Shown piece after piece: positions 60,064-64,000 of a stretch of DNA of 64,000 nucleotides; position 1 is the first letter of the stretch, and the number at the start of each line of letters is the position of its first letter. The notes beneath the pieces are model-generated. The model was not told where the DNA came from. It saw nothing but the letters and a program-made list of their open reading frames with translations, and ran no database searches. A program made the position numbers and the translations under genes. Source of the DNA: Nitrosopumilus sp. (GTDB lineage: Archaea; Thermoproteota; Nitrososphaeria; Nitrososphaerales; Nitrosopumilaceae); contig OZ241857.1 in the NCBI GenBank assembly GCA_965203315.1, positions 352,001 through 416,000 on the forward strand, read 5' to 3'.

Positions 60064-61701
60064 CTACGAATGAAATATCCGCCTCAAGCTAGAACCGCAA
60101 CTAGGACATACTCGTCGATCATGGATCAGTTCACAAGATACACAGCAAAACTCTAGTGAACTCTTGGTCTGATTGCTAGACTTTAACTTGACTATCTCTG
60201 ATTTTAACTCTTCAATCTCTGATCGTACTAGATCATAAGCAGACTCGTTTCTAGTCTCTTCTAGTTTTCGTAATCTCTGTACCTCTTGCGTCAAATGGTC
60301 AAAGTCGACTAGTTTGTTTGTCATCTCTACCTTTATCTTTTGAATATCATCACCCTTGTTCGTTAGACTTGCAAATCTAGTAAAAATATTGATCATGTAC
60401 GATGCTTTGGCAAACTCTTCACGCATCGCCTCTGGATATAGTACATGTTGTTTCTCGTACGAGTCTTTGGGCTTGTGTCCTATAACATGCTCTGCGACAT
60501 CTGCACGACATCCTGCAACTATTAATGTGGACTTTAATAGATCTCGCATCTCGTGTGGCCCTGCACGATTCTTGCCACCATATATCTTGGTACGAATGAT
60601 CTCTGCTTTGTTGCCGAGTTTTATGAAGCGATTATGAACCCAATAGTGTTTTATGGGAACGCATTTGTTGGTTATGAATAATGGCTGATCAGCAGACATT
60701 GGCTTACCTGTGACTTTGTATCTGTGCTTCAGATATGGTATCAATGCAGATACTGCATCTCGGTCTATATATCCTGAATGTTTATAGTCGGTCTTGACGC
60801 GTACCAAACTTATCGGTACAGGACAACGCGACAGATCCCACATCTCATAGTTTTCACCACCAAAGTGTTTCGCAATTTGTTCCCACGCGTCATAGTTGAA
60901 TCGATCAATAGTAGTAGATATGTCCATACCACGCTGAAACATGCACAAGAATAATGCTTTGTCTAGTACAGTGGGATTTCCATGTGTAAGCATGGCCAGT
61001 AAATCTGATAATGTAAACGACTTTTCTGCCACAAGTGTGGAGTGATTGACTTTGGGGTTATACTTGATGTTTAGATCACGATCATGGTGTGCAAAATAGC
61101 TCTTGACTGCAGCTTTTGTGACTACCAAAGAAGCGGCTTTCTTGTGCTTGTGTACCGGATCTTGAAGATATCGTGTAATTATACGAACCGTGTTTGATGG
61201 ATCTGTGCTTGGCTTTTTTGTAAAATGTAACAACTCTTCCACGTTATCGAATTGTTGATGAGTTATCTCTTGAGTATCTGTAGCATGATTGTATCTCTCG
61301 ATCTGATGTGTCTTACCTTGTAGCCATTGATCAAACTGAGTCAGCATAACCAAGTAGGCAGAGCGGGTAGTGCTCTTTGGTTTAGCATGATTGTACTTGC
61401 CACCGTTGAGATAACCCAACCAATATTGTACAGTATCTAGATGAGTTATATCATGTTCAACATACTCTATCTTTTTTGCTAATCCGACAGCAACAGCACG
61501 CTTTAAGGCATTACGAACACATCTGACCATATGATCGTCTGTCACTCCTGCAAACTCTGTGTGACGAGCATCCAGTATAGAGCGTACTGTTATTTTATCA
61601 CCTGGCTGGTAAACCTTCAAGATCTCTGCAAATTTTAAATGTACGTGAGGTATTGTGTTGGGCTCAACTATCTCATAAGTATCCATCATACTATAAGCCA
61701 T
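60064..61701 (-). CDS. Tyrosine recombinase/integrase with C-terminal coiled coil and zinc ribbon
   Basis: RVKT, HEMR (HxxR), AEHVIGH, SY; C-term CVSC...CPSCG; first catalytic box reads RGMD. Confidence 0.85.
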   Translation of the reverse strand: MAYSMMDTYEIVEPNTIPHVHLKFAEILKVYQPGDKITVRSILDARHTEFAGVTDDHMVRCVRNALKRAVAVGLAKKIEYVEHDITHLDTVQYWLGYLNGGKYNHAKPKSTTRSAYLVMLTQFDQWLQGKTHQIERYNHATDTQEITHQQFDNVEELLHFTKKPSTDPSNTVRIITRYLQDPVHKHKKAASLVVTKAAVKSYFAHHDRDLNIKYNPKVNHSTLVAEKSFTLSDLLAMLTHGNPTVLDKALFLCMFQRGMDISTTIDRFNYDAWEQIAKHFGGENYEMWDLSRCPVPISLVRVKTDYKHSGYIDRDAVSALIPYLKHRYKVTGKPMSADQPLFITNKCVPIKHYWVHNRFIKLGNKAEIIRTKIYGGKNRAGPHEMRDLLKSTLIVAGCRADVAEHVIGHKPKDSYEKQHVLYPEAMREEFAKASYMINIFTRFASLTNKGDDIQKIKVEMTNKLVDFDHLTQEVQRLRKLEETRNESAYDLVRSEIEELKSEIVKLKSSNQTKSSLEFCCVSCELIHDRRVCPSCGSSLRRIFHS

Positions 61702-61881
61702 TGTAAGATGTTTATAAAATATTTCTCAAGCATAGTGTTTAGAATGATTAAACAAGTACATCAATATGCGATTATAAAGCCATTTGTGAAGCTCGAGAAC
61801 GATATTTTGTAGAGTAACAATGTAGCGCATCTAGTCGTGATGAAATAGTTGAGACAACAATTCATATGAGATCGTGCTGAA

Positions 61882-62343
61882 TTATGTCTGTTGCGATGCC
61901 ACCCTTTCATAATAGTACTCTTGCCGCTTTAGATCTCGCGCGGTAATGATCCTACATTTACGTATGGGAATTAACCGTGATATCTGCTCGTACGTGCGCA
62001 TGTCTCTAATATCTGCAGCATATGCTATCTGTACGAGTGGAGCGCGTTCTTCGATCATTGGTTTTGCCTGCTCATATCCGCTATGTCTCATTCCGGCGCG
62101 ATACAGTCCAATGTTGATATCTCTCTTTGATATCAATGGATCTTGATAGCAACATAGTGAAAAGATATCATCATCATGCTCGATTATTGAGAGACGTGTA
62201 AACATATTGTTCCATACATCAACTTGATCTGCAATAAAACGCGCAATAGTTTTGTCTTCAAACACTGTAGACACTACGAGACGGTCATCTTCGTATGCCC
62301 ACGAGATGCCAAATTTCGTGTACCAATTGATCTCAAAAGTCAT
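61882..62343 (-). CDS. Hypothetical protein
   Basis: 153-aa ORF, plausible composition, no recognisable motif. Confidence 0.55.
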   Translation of the reverse strand: MTFEINWYTKFGISWAYEDDRLVVSTVFEDKTIARFIADQVDVWNNMFTRLSIIEHDDDIFSLCCYQDPLISKRDINIGLYRAGMRHSGYEQAKPMIEERAPLVQIAYAADIRDMRTYEQISRLIPIRKCRIITARDLKRQEYYYERVASQQT

Positions 62344-62856
62344 AAAACAGCCTATTCATGATGTAAATTTAACTCTTAGAGAATGGATGAGCGAGTTACT
62401 GGCAACGCTCTTGTCGTATTTTGAAGATCGGAATGCCTAAAAGACTAGAGATCATACATGTCTAAACGTCAAATTTTCTTTGGGTTGTGTGTATCTAGAT
62501 CTATTTGTGTCACCGCCTCAGTTGCAGATATAACGTTTTAAAAAGATGAATTAAGCAGAGTGTCATAATGTTGAATTAATGTATCTATCTTTTTTAAATA
62601 GATTACTTGTCAAGATCGCATTGTATGGGTTAAATCTCTGGTCAGTCATTTTCATGTTCTGTCTATACAATTCACAGATTCTACATAGTCTGACAAGTTA
62701 TTCGTCTAGTTAACATTGTACTCATTCTTCTAAGTATATGCATCCCTGACTTTATATGACATTCATGGTGACGTCCCAGTTACATGACCTAAAAGAAAAA
62801 TTGAATTGTAAAGTTGAGCCATTCACTTTTCACATATACGAATAAATTACTAGATT

Positions 62857-63999
62857 TTATGATAATAGATCCTGCTTCAGAAGCGTATGTATTGGTACTA
62901 CGTCATTAAATTTCTCAACCATCTCGTGATCTCTTAATCTAGTCAAGGTTGAATTTCCATAGTCGTCTCTACTAGTTAGCAAAGCTTTGTCAATTGGTGC
63001 ATATTCTATGATATCAGGATTATTGGTGATGGCAATAATTTGTTTATCATCCGAGGCATAATCCATCAGATTAAATATTTTGCTCAGCAATCCAAGATGG
63101 AGACTATTCTCAAGTTCGTCAATTACGGCAAGCGATGAATCTTCAAAAAACATAAAGACTAGTAATGCAATAACATTTACTGTCCCATCTGAAACATATG
63201 GTGCAGGTATGTTTATGTCACTATGAAATTCTTTTAGCGCAAACTTTACTTTTCCATTATGGTGTTCTATAGAGACCCTTTCCAAAAACGGTAGTAAACT
63301 TTGTATGTGATTTAAAAATATTTCCGATTTTTCATCATCTTTTAGAATATTCTCCAAGATGCAAGACAGATTAGAACCATCATCTCTTAATAAAGAAAAT
63401 TTACTTGTAATTGTTGGAGTCTTTAACGCTTTTGGATCAAGATCACATATGGCTATTCCAGCGATAAATCCATACCAATTTGGAAGTATAAAATTAAGCA
63501 ATTGTCCATACGCCAACAATTCTTTTTCATCCCTCTGAAGATGTTTTAGCATCTCGAGTTGTTTGTAGTTGATGGTTTTTGTCTCATTATAAATATTATC
63601 AGAAATTACGATCTCTCCTTTGCTCTTTGAGATAAATATTTTATGAATATTTTTCTGCGAATCATTCTGATGATCGAGACAAATGATCACACGATCATCT
63701 GTTATGTCATAGTCCACACCTTGAGTAAATTTAATACAAAATCTGTAGATGATTTCTGTTGTTTTCATCTCAGTGGGCACTCTTCCAATTTTCATAATAG
63801 TCTCAGGGGTATCCGATAAGAAATGCATCTCAAAGGATAACAATGCATCTTTTGAATTAAAGTTGAGTACTTGTTCACGACCACCATGAATAGATAATGC
63901 TGAGGATAACCCTTTAGATATGATATCTTTAAAAAATGAAAAAATATTCTTAAAATTAGATTTTCCTGTTGCGTTTCGTCCAAGGATTATGTTGAATCT
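62857..63999 (-). CDS. AAA_21/ABC-type ATPase, 5'-partial at window edge
   Basis: Frame continues upstream of 63843: RFNIILGRNATGKSN (Walker A); VSDGT, AVIDELENSLH, IIAITNNP. Confidence 0.88.
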   Translation of the reverse strand, partial: RFNIILGRNATGKSNFKNIFSFFKDIISKGLSSALSIHGGREQVLNFNSKDALLSFEMHFLSDTPETIMKIGRVPTEMKTTEIIYRFCIKFTQGVDYDITDDRVIICLDHQNDSQKNIHKIFISKSKGEIVISDNIYNETKTINYKQLEMLKHLQRDEKELLAYGQLLNFILPNWYGFIAGIAICDLDPKALKTPTITSKFSLLRDDGSNLSCILENILKDDEKSEIFLNHIQSLLPFLERVSIEHHNGKVKFALKEFHSDINIPAPYVSDGTVNVIALLVFMFFEDSSLAVIDELENSLHLGLLSKIFNLMDYASDDKQIIAITNNPDIIEYAPIDKALLTSRDDYGNSTLTRLRDHEMVEKFNDVVPIHTLLKQDLLS

Positions 64000-64000
64000 A

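Noticed and set aside
62400-62850. Possible decayed partner gene of the AAA ATPase (NLFVYVKSE, TOPRIM-like start)
   Set aside because: Too many stops and too little similarity to support by eye
63792-63983. Separate small ORF or frameshift in the AAA ATPase
   Set aside because: The ATPase frame is open to the window edge with Walker A in frame; the small ORF is an off-frame artefact

Overview
AT-rich archaeal DNA, most consistent with a Nitrosopumilaceae thaumarchaeote (archaeal S10-spc ribosomal cluster with S4e and RNase P p29, PEFG-CTERM protein, large S8 protease). The serpin, many toxin-antitoxin (TA) pairs and dense MITE/IS scars suggest a host-associated lineage (inference). A core ribosomal operon (32.0-40.4 kb) lies between two defence islands, each with a complete DNA phosphorothioation (PT) writer module and its own cysteine desulfurase. 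The left island (0-17.7 kb) has dndBCDEA with no recognisable DndFGH or PbeABCD. It is flanked instead by an Mrr_N/REase-like/KOW/SWIM protein, an SNF2 helicase operon, a coupled ParB + ParB-HTH + SNM1-like metallo-beta-lactamase nuclease triad, and a mosaic DNA-binding protein built from domains of its neighbours. The right island (48.5-61.7 kb) has sspABCD without SspE, preceded by PLD nuclease + SF2 helicase + MORC/GHKL ATPase and bounded by an intact IS5 and a tyrosine integrase. Between them are four paralogous Panacea-like/UPF0175 antitoxin + PIN toxin pairs, in which three toxins carry three different lesions. Also present are AbiE and RelE TA pairs, at least four MITE families, and IS110 and IS1595 remnants. 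All calls come from motif reading by eye; no database searches were run.
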